NCBI RefSeq assembly: GCF_001194135.2
Contig: NC_069005.1
Span: 3,813,080-3,874,900 of the forward strand
Direction of reading: 5' to 3'
Length of the DNA stretch: 61,821 bases
Origin: Octopus bimaculoides
Lineage: Eukaryota
Within the stretch, counting starts at the first letter, position 1. Every line of letters starts with the position of its first letter. The translations under genes were made by a program, and so were the position numbers. This document shows, piece by piece, positions 25,088 to 37,836 of this stretch. The notes below the pieces were generated by a model. It was not told the origin of the DNA. It did no database searches and saw nothing but the letters and a program-made list of their open reading frames with translations.

Positions 25088-26619
25088 TATGCGCGCTCAC
25101 ACAGATGAATAACCCCCCTACCCAACTGCATAGACAAACATATGTAAGTGGACAATGAATATCGACTGAGAAAGTATATACAGTGGAGAAAATAAAATTA
25201 AGTGCTTTCCGGTCTACAATTTTGTGATATATGTTCTCTCAATTTTTGCGCAGAAAGTCCCTTTGATTCTCTTTACATTTGTCCTGCAGTAAACCAGAGA
25301 TTGGTTCGTTCGATCCCGTAACTTAAACGGCAGTTTTCATTTAATTTTCATACTGTTTTGTATTATTTCCCATTATATAATGATTTTCTACTTTGAGATT
25401 GGCAATATAAAATAATGTCTGAATATATTCAAGAGAAATCATGATTTCTTTTAGAAATGTTCCACTGGAAATTGTGTGGAAAGTATTGACATAAATAGAT
25501 TTGCAAGATGGAATAAACAGCTGACTGTTTGTGTAATGCAGACTACAAACATCTAAATTATTTGATATTTTGTTTATTACTTCTGGTTATGTGATCAACC
25601 GTTTGAATGCTGGCAAATTTGTAATAGCCAGGTGGGCAATATACAGTAAAATATTTCATTCCAAAAGATGCAATAAATTCGATCAATGAACAAGCAGAAG
25701 ATTAATATCACAACCGTGAAATAACTGTAATGTGTTTACAAATGGTTTTATATTTAATTCCAGCACTAACACAGCGACGAATATACATTTTACGTCTACT
25801 GGAGACATATGAGTGTTAATCCACATGAGTGAAAATACATCAAAATTATTTGGAATATCGTTATTAATCCTGATTACATAATAAATTGTTTGAATGCAGT
25901 TTATTTTGCAATTGTCGGGCATAAAATATAGTGCTTAATAAAAGAACTCATTGATTCAAAGAGACACTATAGATTGGATCAATATGCAAGAACAATTTGA
26001 GCAGTAACAAGTTTTAAATCACCGAACAGAGCATGTGTTGTTCAATATCATTTTAGCTATGATATCTTAAACACCGTTGGGAAAATTCGCAAAAAACGTG
26101 TGATATTGATTAAAGTAATATCTGTACCACCTCAGTGAGTTGCAAAGCTATTATAATACAAATGTCTGGAATTCAAATGTGATCAAATTTGGCGTAAATA
26201 CCACCATCAGCGGCATTGTATCGTGACCCCAGGAAATTTCAGTTATGCAGAGATATTATAATCAATATCGTTCGAATAATGGACCTTATTTTATTTTTAT
26301 TTATAACGCGTATAGGAGAACATCAACCAAAGTATCCATCGCTCTGATTTTCAAAATGGTTGAGTGTAATGCGAGGGAAATTTAGCTGCTGCAATAAGAA
26401 AATATTAAATGTGGGGGCACTCCTTCTGACTGCAGCACAAAACAGTCTACATATGAACTTTAAAAAGTGCCTGTTGCTCCTCCTCCTCCTTCTCTTCTCT
26501 ACTACTACTATTGCTCTTATTGCAGCTGATCATACTTCTACTACTATATATATTTTAAACAAGCTTACTAGAAACAAATATCCGAACCCTAAGGCTCGTT
26601 AGTGTTTCCTCTCTTGTCC

Positions 26620-26820
26620 ATAGGCCACAAAATCTAGAGATGCTTTAGGAGGTTTATTCGATTCCAGTATTAGACTGGCAATAATGTTATTGAACCCAGA
26701 CGAATAATCAACCAGAATTAATAGCAGTGGGATTTGAACTCAGAATTCGAACTGTCATATCCAAGGGCTTCAATGAATGTTTTTTCATTGTCAGTCAATT
26801 TCACCAATCAACTGCCTTCA
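26620..26820 (-). mobile_element. SINE family A, highly diverged copy
   Basis: gggatttgaactcagaa (reverse-complement B-box) and ttcgattccagtattagactgg body remnant. Confidence 0.55.
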
Positions 26821-26849
26821 AATCACAATAATATTAATCCATAGCATAA

Positions 26850-27072
26850 GACAGCGAGCTAGCAGAAATGTTGGCACGCAGGGTAAAATGTTTAACGAAA
26901 TTTCGGCCGTCTTTATACTCTGACTTCAAATTCCGCCGAGGCTGACTTAACCTTTCATCGTTAAGGGGCCGATCAACTGAGCGACAGCTGAAAACTGGGG
27001 GGGGGGGGGCGATATAATCGATTTACCCCCACCCAAGTAATTGCTGGAATTGTTCTAATATTCAAAACCGAT
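26850..27072 (+). mobile_element. SINE family A, full-length copy
   Basis: gacagcgagctagcagaaatgttggcacg head, cttcaaattccgccgagg B-box, aacctttcatc body and aattgctgg 3' end. Confidence 0.85.
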
Positions 27073-27215
27073 ATTAACTCAGACCATTCGCACGCACAGG
27101 TATTTAGGAGTAAGTAGTCAATAAAAGTTTCACTTGCTTTTCATTTTACCTTTATTTTATCAACAGCAGGAAATGAGTTGTATTTTATTTTATCAAACAA
27201 AGTGCTCAGCTGGTG

Positions 27216-27231
27216 CCCTAACCCTAACCCT
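27216..27231 (-). repeat. Short interstitial telomere-type repeat (TTAGGG x ~2.7)
   Basis: ccctaaccctaaccct on the plus strand. Confidence 0.6.
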
Positions 27232-27334
27232 TATCACAGTTATTGATTGGCACTTTCATTTTCCAATCACCCTCATTACTTAGTATACTTTATAGGCCAC
27301 AGTATTTAAATATAAGTATTTTATAGAAAACAAA

Positions 27335-27545
27335 GCGGCGAGCTGCAGAATTGTCAGCACATGGGCAAAATTCTTGGAGACGTCGTTTTTTCTTACGTTC
27401 TGAGTTCAAATTACGCCGAGTTCGACTTTGCCTTTCATCATTTCGGGGTCGATAAAATGTGTACGAGAAGTGCAGTGGGGTCGATATATTTGACATTCGC
27501 TCTTGCAAAATTGCTGACCTTGTGCCAAAATTTCAAACCAATATT
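27335..27545 (+). mobile_element. SINE family A, full-length copy
   Basis: gcggcgagctgcagaattgtcagcac head, tacgttctgagttcaaattacgccgag B-box, ctttgcctttcatcatttcggggtcgataaaa and gaccttgtgccaaaatttcaaaccaat. Confidence 0.9.
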
Positions 27546-30491
27546 CTATGGATAATATTATACAAAGTTACTTTATTCCATCAACCTCAGTAATTGACGT
27601 ATAATTTATTTAATCGGAGCCATTATTTTCAATGTATTTTTTTTTCTATCAGACACAATATATTACTGGTCTTTCAGTCTATCGAGTATCTTCTTTACAG
27701 TTAATCTACAAGAAAACATATTTGAAAGCTACTTTATCAAATCATTAATTCAATAGTAGCGTTTCTTTTTTCAGACCAGCATTTAATGAATACATTACTT
27801 TACCGAACACGGCAGGTATTCGACATTTTCACTGAGACCTTACTTTCGTCGGGTCCTTCGTTGATAAACTTATCAAAGTCTTTACATGGCTGATATCTAA
27901 GAAATCTGTAATGTAATTGTCTCAATCTAGAAAAGAAGGAAAGAAAGACTTACTTTGGTAAGATTTGAAATTCAGAATATAAGAATCCTCTTACTAAATA
28001 CCGCAAGAAATTATATCCGACTTCTCACCGATTCGCACAATCTACAAGCCCTGAAATCATGGTAATATTATACAGCCCATAATAGAAAATGGAGCGTGAT
28101 GTAATTTGCCTTAATATTACATGTGATTCCCTTCACTGAAATAATGATACAATGGCAGTAAATTTCTATTGGTATGTAATTCAATTTTGTTCTTACAACG
28201 ATCTAATTTTCACAAGCAAGGTTCTGTTTCGTTGAACTAAAATTAAATCTGTCAACTGTAGACGTAGTTAAATGTCTTAGAAATGCAGGGTGCATTTACG
28301 GATGGCCGAAAGGGAAATCATTTATGTATGATTTTCAACTTATATCTCGGCTTCTAGTAATGTTTCTTCATTGACTCACTTAACATTTAATGGGGAAAGC
28401 TAAATTGATACTTGACTGATACTTTATTTCATCGGTCCCGATTAACTGAAATGCAAAGTTAACTCTACTGTGATGAAAACTCGGAACATATGCAAAGATT
28501 CCCACCAAACTACTACTACTGACATAAAACACATACATGTATACTCAAAAATATATACACACAAATATATACACACATTTTTTTAGCTATAGAAGAAAGA
28601 TTGTTTCAATGACGCTGGTCTCTTTTCCCATTCATGCTTTATTCATTTAGCTAAATCTCTAACACACGCACACACAACCCTACACACACTTCTACACTAT
28701 GTAATGTATGTTTCCTGATAGAAAGACAAAAGCGCGTAATGTGATACAAAGAAGAATTAAATGCTACTTTGAACCTTCCTATACTACGCACAACTTCTGA
28801 AACTGGAGTTTCGCCTGCTGTTGTCCAATCACAGAACGTCACTGCTCAAACAGCTCCAATCGTGATCACCACGCATGAACGATGTTCTCAAATCTATTCT
28901 CTGTTTATTACGGTAGCATCCGATTTCATGGAGATTTGTTTGTTATTTCTTGCAAGTCGATTGATTAATGTTCAGGTTCCTTGCTTGAACACTGAATCTA
29001 GCCGGCATATTTTAACTTACATGAAGAAAATTATTGTTCCGCTACAAGAGAGACGAGTTGATACTTTCAGCTTTCTAGAACCAAAATTCTCTCGACAACG
29101 CTTTGTCTTTCACATTTTATTCCTCTAGAGCAAAGCTTATATAACTGAGATACGTATATTGCCCCTGGAGTAAACGAAGTTTGCCAATCGTAACTAAAAC
29201 ATTCGAGCGTTGACAACAGTTGAATTTGCTACTTTCCATTCATAAATCCCTTTATAACAAGTGAAAAAAAGTCAGTTACTGAATCACACTGAAGTTAAGA
29301 TTTTTTTTAAAATGTATATTTAGACATCTTTTTTTTAACAAAGAGTTAATTTTAACAACTTTCTATATTATTCAATTTGCAACTACAAATGCAATGCCTG
29401 GACACGTCTTCACTTTTGTATCCGGAAGTCACTGCTTGTTTTGTGTCTTGCATAATAGATGTCTATCAAGGAAACACAAACTAAATGGATTAAATATGGG
29501 CATGTGTGTAAAAGCGGCATTATTTTAGAATTGAAGTGAAATACCTACTTTTTTATTAAATAAATGCGACAAGACTTGATTAAAGAAAAAGCATATACAA
29601 ATATCCGAAATTGGGAGCAACTGTTCAGCCCATTTTTACTAGAATTTCATATATGATACACACTAATATCAGCCATGTGTAGTATTAGCTAAGAGATATA
29701 TTTCGTACAATGACAGTGCAGACATTTTGTCGCGAACTAACAAAATTGCACCCTTAATATTTGTGGTATCCTCCATTCTTACGAAACACGTCTTTCCCAA
29801 TAAAAATTAATTCAAGCATTAAAGGTATGTTTGCATTTATAGTTGAATGATTCTTTTCTCAAATAAAATGCATTAAGCATTGGTAAATTAATTGAGTTTT
29901 GTAAATTAAGATTTGATTAAATTGTTTAGGGTGAATGAAAATTGAATTTTATTATAAGGGTGTGTATTAAGTAAATAGTTTGTAAAACCTTATTCTATAG
30001 AAATATTTGATATAGGAGGCGGAGGGAGGTGTGGGTTATAGAGGGAGCGTAGCATACGCAGTCAACATGAGGGTTTCAGGAGTTTCGGTCCCTTGCGTAG
30101 ATATATTTACAGAAGCTTCGTTTTAATAACGTACGATAACCAATTCCTGAAAACAAATACAATTCATTTTGACATTAAAATGTTTGAATTCAATCTCTGG
30201 TCAAAAATGAAATTTTATGAGAAGTAAATGAGTAAAATAATTTTCAAATAAACTGTCTTCCATAAAATGTTTTTGGAAAATTGAATCGTATCAGTTGATG
30301 TATATGTCTCCCACCCCATTGGCTCTAGGATGACACTGATCCATGACATAAAACTTCTATTCTCAGTAGGCTGTGATATCATTCCTCACGACAGCCAAAT
30401 TTAAACTTACCATGGATGTACTTTTATAATCTTGGACCGTTTCATAGAGAGGTTTCTTGGGGAAAACATTAATTATTAAGGAAATAAGTCT

Positions 30492-30645
30492 AGGTGAAGA
30501 CATGTCAGTGTGGTAAGAAGTGAGCTTCCCATCGACCTAGTTCCGAGTTCGGTCTCGGAGCACGGCATCTTCTGCAAATAACTTCTACTAAATATGCGTA
30601 GCAGCCAAATATTTGTGAGTGGATTTGGCAGACAGCAACTGAATA

Positions 30646-30701
<56 letters not shown>

Positions 30702-30835
30702 ACAGAGAGCATCAGATAATCGGTTTTGGTCTGTTTAATTGATAGTAAATTAGCGTTCCGGCAAGAAAGCCGATATTACTGGAATTGATTTTTTCAACTG
30801 AACACTTTATGATGTGTTGCTCCAGTATGTTCGTG
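30492..30835 (+). mobile_element. SINE family B, full-length diverged copy with internal (TG)n
   Basis: Head gtgtggtaagaagtgagcttccc, ttccgagttcggtc, gtgagtggatttggcagac, (TG)n, ttagcgttccggcaagaaagccgata and gttgctccagtatg. Confidence 0.8.
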
Positions 30836-31201
30836 GCCTTCTAAACACGGCTCGCAGACTTACTATTATACAAAAATATTATTTTCAAATATTTTACTCG
30901 ATAGTGATATTTATAGACACATCAAATATGAAGTTTACTAAAATTTTCCAATAAATAAAATTTTACACACAATATTTTCCTGCAAGATCGAAGAAATAAA
31001 GTCACTTGACGAGACAACTTCGTTATTTCAGATAAATATCACCAATACTGGTGTTGCTTTCAAAATGTAACGACCTGCTTAGCATAATAAGGGTTCTACA
31101 TATTGAAAATGTGACATTTAAAGGCGCGACTACTAACTACACCCAACAGTCACCATATATACAGGCACACACGCACGCACACACACATATATATTACCGT
31201 T

Positions 31202-31525
31202 TTATTTTGTTGAGTCACTTGGATGCGGTCATGCTGAAGTACCGCCTTTAGTCGAGAAATCGACCCCTCGAATAATGCTATGTAAGCCCAGTACTATTCT
31301 ATCGGTCTCTTTGGCTGAACCGCTAAGTTGCGGGGATATAAACACACCAATATCGGTTGTCAAGTAAAGGTGGGGGTGACAAACACAGACACAAAGACAC
31401 ACACAAAAGCACAAATATACGACGGCATTCTTTCAGTTTCCGTCCTACCAAATCCACTCAGAAGACCGAATCCGGACCCATGTGGTTGGGAAGCAAGCTT
31501 CTTAGCACACAGCCACTCCTGCGCC
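31202..31525 (-). mobile_element. SINE family B, near full-length with an internal ~55-60-bp deletion
   Basis: The reverse complement runs ggcgcaggagtggctgtgtgctaagaagcttgcttcccaaccacatgg...gagtggatttggtaggacggaaactgaaag...aagagaccgatagaat...cgactaaaggcggtacttcagcatgaccgc. Confidence 0.9.
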
Positions 31526-32904
31526 TATATATATATANNNNNNNNNNNNNNNNNNNNNNNNNNNNNNNNNNNNNNNNNNNNNNNNNNNNNNNNNNNNNNN
31601 NNNNNNNNNNNNNNNNNNNNNNNNNNNNNNNNNNNNNNNNNNNNNNNNNNNNNNNNNNNNNNNTATATATGCGTGTGTATATATACTTGTATATATGTGT
31701 ATGTTTCTAGACCAATGAATTATTCAGTATTTTATGCCCCCCCCTTCTTTTACCACTTCCAAGCCTATTCATCGCAATCCCTTCATTCCTTACTCTCACT
31801 GTCCTTGTATAAATTCAAACACAAACGAAATTGTCTCAATGATGGCTTCTCCCTCTATTTCACTGTATTTCTCTCTCTCTCTCTCTCTCATATCTGACAA
31901 TAGGTATATATGCCCACATATATGTGTGTGTGTGTCTCTGTGTGTGTGTGTGTGTGTGCTTGTGTGTTTATATTCGCACATATTTCACTGACAAACTAAT
32001 CGCTCCGAGATGTCGTTTGAAGCAGGGAATTATGATCATAAAATAAAACCGAATTCCGCACGAAACCAATGGTAATTCACCTAAGCAGACTACATTTTTC
32101 CCTAGTTAGTATTCCTTTTCATTTACACATATTTTTTTATGAGTATAGTGTATCTAGCATCAACATTCCTTTTTTTTCATTCTTGTTTACAATGTTTGTA
32201 CTGATTTTGCAGTTAACTCTACCAAATCAATCAGCCATTTCAGTTATTGTGAAAAGCAATAATACTAAATAGCCGAGTTGTGTGTTATCATTTAATATAT
32301 TGTTACGAAGGTAATAGAATATACTGTGGTATGAAGCCCTTCTGATCAATATTGCTCTTAACACAGTAGGGACATCCACACTCACTCACACGCGTACATA
32401 TAAGGATATAGATATGAGATAGAATCTACGTACTGGGATTAATGGCAAACTTCCTTTGTAACAACTGAAGCATTGGTACAGTAAAAATCCAAAAGCAAAA
32501 AAAAAAAAAACAGCATAATCCACAAACAACTTTGTATGCTCCATGCCTCTATTCACTTCAATGCACTCTACATCTATACACACACTACCAACACAAAATG
32601 GATTTATGGGCACATCAACATTCTGCTTACAGTCATCTGTTTAGTGTTTGAGTGTATAGGTGTGAGTTTATAATCTGATTTGATCTATACATTGCAGCGT
32701 ACGCATCCAGATGTTTCCACACAGAGCAAAGTACACAAATGTGTATATGCATTTACACGCAAACGCGTTTACAGCGCGGCTCACATGACATGAACCTCTC
32801 TCGGTGAGCATGGCGTAGAACTCAGTGCTGCGAGATAAAATGCATTAAACAAGAACAACTGCCGATGTTAGAACAACAAGCGTTACTACTACTACTACTA
32901 CTAT

Positions 32905-33545
32905 AGTCAGGAGGCCACTTTAGTTCCCAACTGACACTTATTCTATCGACCCCGAAACGGTGGGTTCGATAAGGCAAAGCAAACACAGGCGGCATTAAGT
33001 AAAATTAATGTGAAAATTTGGTGGAGGTCTCTAGTCGATTAAATAAACCCCACTGCAGAAGTGATATTATATTTTATTGACCCTAAAATGATTTGAAGTG
33101 AAATAGACTTCGGTAGTATTTGAACTCAGAACGTAAAGCCAGAAACAATGACACTAAGCATTTTGACCAGCGTAGTACTGCGTGTGCCAGTTATAATTTC
33201 ATCTGTTATCGGCTCAAGTTTTGAAATTCTGGGGGAAGTATCTAGCCGATTACATCAGCCCCAGTGCTCAGCTGGTACTTAGTTTATGGACCGCCAAGAT
33301 ATCGAAACTCAGAAGAAAAGTCGGAAGGAATACCACCAAATATTTTGTTCTCTAAGCTAGCGATTCTGCCAGTTCAACTCCATAAGAATAATCGTTTCTA
33401 CGATAGGCGCAAGGCATGAAATTTGGGGGTAGTGGGTTCTTATATTACATGAACCTGTGTGCTTAAAAGGTACTTATGTTATCGGCCCAGAAAGGATAAA
33501 CAGCAAAAATGACCTCGGTGAAAATTGAACGTAAAAACGAACAAC
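32905..33545 (-). mobile_element. Cluster of four same-orientation SINE family A copies/fragments
   Basis: Repeated diagnostics atcgaccccgaaa (~32947), tttgaactcagaacgtaaag (~33120), gcgattctgccagt (~33360) and cgcaaggcatgaaatttggggg / gacctcggtgaaaattgaac (33408-33530). Confidence 0.8.
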
Positions 33546-34884
33546 ATGAAAGCATTTTAAAGACAATTTAAAAACGCGCGAAATACGGATTTGCAATCTA
33601 GCCGGCGTTTCAATGATTCTACTTATTTTTCTAGTTCAAATATTACATATATGTAGTTTTAGGCAATACCTCTTCAGATATTTGAAAATATCTTTTGTAT
33701 CATTTGAGGTGATACTTTCTAGTATATTTAACTTCCAGATAATCTACGGAGCCATTTTCTCTTGTTCAGATCATACGATTTGTTCCGTACTAGCATAAAG
33801 TAAGCAGAATTGCAGGAGGTCTATTTGTATTCTAATAGCAGGTATATTTGTTCTGATCTTGTAAAGCGAGTAGCGTTGGAAGGAATCTTTTACCATGCAT
33901 ATTCACATTATTGGCTTACATCCATAATCAATCACACACAATGTACTAGAATTAGATTTAAGCCTTGTTAAGCACCTTTTCAAAATATGAATGAGAAATC
34001 AACGGGCTTATTCAAAGTACTTGAATCTGTTATGAACATATGGTATTCGGCATTGAAGGAGTTTCTGTATTGGAAATTGTTAAAATGTAGTCTGCTAAAT
34101 AATTATAGAATATGTCGTTTAGAAAGCGATGGAGTTGAAGAAGAAATATATTTGCACCTTGGAATTCTTGAATTGGATTAAGCATAAAAGAAAGAGAGAA
34201 AAATGAATATTTGCATACATATTAGGAACATACGAATAATGGTAGATTTCATGTACGCACGCGTCCCTTTCTCTCTCTATATGTACAGATTGATTAACCC
34301 CCATATTTGAAAACAAAATCAATGTTGCAAGTTTATTGATCAAGTAATAGTCCAGCACATAATTCTGTGGGATATAAATCAGTTTTATATGGTTGATTAG
34401 AAGAAAAGAACGTTATGATCTATAAATGACGCCTGTTGCTTCAAAGCAGAAAGGAATTTCCTATATGGGATACTATAAAAATATATTTGCTGGACAAAAA
34501 ATAAAAAAGAAAATCTTGGAATTTATACATATAAACCCACTAATGCAACATATAGTTAGTAGCTGGTGCGAGAATCTTTCTTCTTTTTTTCTTTGAACAC
34601 TTATAGTGTTCCATTATTCTGAAAAAGAATGCTATCTGCATATCCCTTTATTTCGTGGCTAATTCTGATCTCTGTATTCCACATGAGCAGGCAGGGTCAT
34701 CGTGGGTACGTTAGACAGGGAGACGACATTACATAGAGTTCATCCGATAAAAGAATCATCTTAGTTGTTTAGCAAGAAAGAGCCAGAATCTTTTAAATGC
34801 ACTGACATTATTTTTCTCTTAGGCTCGTTGAATGTGTATTCAGGATAACGAACAAGCGTTCTGCGTGAGGACACTTCTCGTCAG

Positions 34885-35013
34885 GAATCTATTCGCTATT
34901 GCTCCAGTACAGAATTAGGTGCAGAATCAGTATCTGACCGTACTTTAGAGATTAGCGGACATTATTATAAATATGAGGCGCGTTTCAAAATTCGCTTCAC
35001 CCATGATAAGGAT
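34885..35013 (+). CDS. Candidate internal exon (phase 0-0, 43 codons), product unknown
   Basis: cttctcgtcag|GAA ... GAT|gtaaga. Open frame ESIRYCSSTELGAESVSDRTLEISGHYYKYEARFKIRFTHDKD. No homology recognised. Confidence 0.2.
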
Positions 35014-35896
35014 GTAAGACACTTAATGACTTTCTTACTAAACTTTAGAGATTATTCGTTGAGCCGGAAAGGCATTTACTAATGTGCAGTAAGTGTCCAT
35101 TAGGTTTGTGGGAAAGGAAATATTTGATGGTGCCGACAGTAAAGATTTAAGGTATGTGCTAACTGTCATTTCATGAGCAAATATAGGAACAGGTGAAACC
35201 ATTGTAGAGAATATTCCTCACACAATAAAAAAAAAACAATTAATAATTGGACGCTATGATGACAAATGTGATATTTAACCATTCAAAAATTTCCGCAGAA
35301 TTCGAAGGATATATACTAGGATTTAAATTTATTTCTTCTAAGGAAAGAACAAAAGACATACATATATAAGGTATCGTTTTCAGGAATGTTATTCCACTGC
35401 TTGAATCTACTGTCAAATTAGGTGTGTTAGTTTAAAAGCAATGTTATTTGATTCATTGCTGTCAGGATCGTTGAGTTAAAGAGTACATAGTGTCGACATA
35501 AAATATGCCACTCTGTTGACAGTTTTACAGAGACCTTCAAGAAATGTATGTTTCAACGTTTTGGATCTAAATGTAGCTGGCTGGTTAGAAGATATTAAGA
35601 TTTACTTCAGTTGTCTTTATTTCTCCTCTGCTACGAAAGCACTGTCATAAATATAAAAGATTTGTCATTATCTTGGAGTCGACTTAGCAAACGTTGAGTT
35701 GCACGAAAGATAACCAACAACACACTCTCGCATAGACTGTAAAACGTAAACCGAGCGAAATGTGTTCTGATATATATATATATATATANNNNNNNNNNNN
35801 NNNNNNNNNNNNNNNNNNNNNNNNNNNNNNNNNNNNNNNNNNNNNNNNNNNNNNNNNNNNNNNNNNNNNNNNNNNNNNNNNNNNNNNNNNNNNNNN

Positions 35897-35944
<48 letters not shown>
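35897..35944. repeat. (ATAG)n tetranucleotide microsatellite abutting an N gap
   Basis: Direct reading. Confidence 0.95.
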
Positions 35945-35945
<1 letters not shown>

Positions 35946-37275
35946 CATACAAATATCTATCGTTGCGATAGATATATAAAAAGACCAAGAAATGTAACAC
36001 TGAGGATATGCTAAAAGAATTGCTCCTAAAAAAACTAATAGGAGTATCATCTGTTCATTTGGAATTTTATAAGTGCCAAATTGTTGCCCATTTTACAGTG
36101 TCTGTCGATGGGATGAATGTCATTTGAAATCTCGATTCATGTTAATGTATTGAATTCCACATGGATTACACACAGCTTTCAACTACCTTCGAAGAAGCAC
36201 CTCAAAGGTCAACCTCACTTAAGTTCCATGTTTATATATTTGTTACATATATGTTTGTGTGTATGTGTTTATGTGCGTGTGTGTCTTTATGTATTTGGGT
36301 GTGGGTGTGCGTGCATGTGTATGCGTTTATGTGCACTTATATATCAGAGTGCACAAACACACAGACACACAAATACACATAAGTAACATTCTCGATTTAT
36401 TACATATGCCGTAACTTTATACTTCACAAGATCACGAGCAATCATGTTATAATGGTTTCAATGAAACATGCCCCTTTCTGGCAATTAGCATTGAGATGAC
36501 ATCGGGGTCCACTTGTCTTATTTGAAATATTCTAACTCGGATAGGCGTATGCCTTGAAATTAGAAAACTCTGAAGAATTGGTGAGAAAACATTTTCTATT
36601 AAACGCGTGGAAATATACACATACACACGCATACATACATACACACACACGTACATATATATACACATATATACATAAGTACACAGGCACGTAATTATTA
36701 CGATAGAGAATATGATGGAGACTAGTGCATCCTTTAAATTTATTTCCTTGTATTGTACATTATATCATACAGCAGAGACGTTAACTACTAATCGATGTGG
36801 TTAGCTCAGTTATGTTATCTGAAACATAACTGAGATCTACCACGATATTCGCCTGGATAATATATTCCACAGAACTCACACTAATACATACACACACACA
36901 TTTTATATCCAAATATCGCATCGAAATACATTGTACATCCAAATTATCATATTGAAATACATCGTTAAAGTTGTCGATGTACCAGGACGTATGCTTATAG
37001 TGGACGATGGATACAATCTATATGCGGAGAAAACTATGTAGATTCTTTGACAGGATTCCCAAATTTACAGACAGAATCTGAAATCGATATGGCAAAATTC
37101 GAATGTTGCCGAACGTGTGACAGAACGCAAAGTCACTTAGTTGCAAATTAGAAGAGTTAGCCTACACCTTTCACTCTTGATTAAAGTAAACTATATACCC
37201 ATTTCTCATTTTACAATTCTTTTTTATACGACAGCTTCAAATTCAAACACGATTTCTGTAAACCAAAGATTAGTT

Positions 37276-37460
37276 TGACGATTGATGCTGCTTATATTGG
37301 TTACGATGACAAAGATGGAGATGACGATAAAGATGACGAAGATGACGATGGAGATGATGATGGAGATGACGATGACACATCTATGATTCGATTATGTATG
37401 ATGGCGATGATGGAGATGACGATAAATATGACGATGATGATGATATCTATGATTCGATTA
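37276..37460. repeat. Degenerate (GAT/GAC)n tract with an internal duplicated 16-mer
   Basis: atctatgattcgatta occurs at 37379 and 37445 (period 66) within GAT repeats. Confidence 0.85.
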
Positions 37461-37805
37461 GTTTTCCAACCAGAGATACATTAAAGTATAAATTAATATA
37501 TCGTTATTTCTTTGTTGGAGAAACACATTAATACATCCACAAACATACTCATGATCTACTATGCATGCATAATTACACTAGGCTTCCATAGATATATCTA
37601 TGCGAATATGAATGTATGTATCAGTTTCAAATCCAAGTGATACGTAAGAGCAATTTACCTAATGTAATCAGATTTTCTTAAAGGATAAATTACAAACGAT
37701 ATTAAATTATTTATGTATAGACAAGATGCTAAATATTCTGATAGAACCAGACCAACATAATCTGAAGTTCACATAGTTATTTTGTGATGTATGTATGTAT
37801 GTATG

Positions 37806-37836
<31 letters not shown>

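Noticed and set aside
37275-37484. Asp-rich acidic ORF
   Set aside because: It is a (GAT)n microsatellite with no splice signals or flanking coding context.
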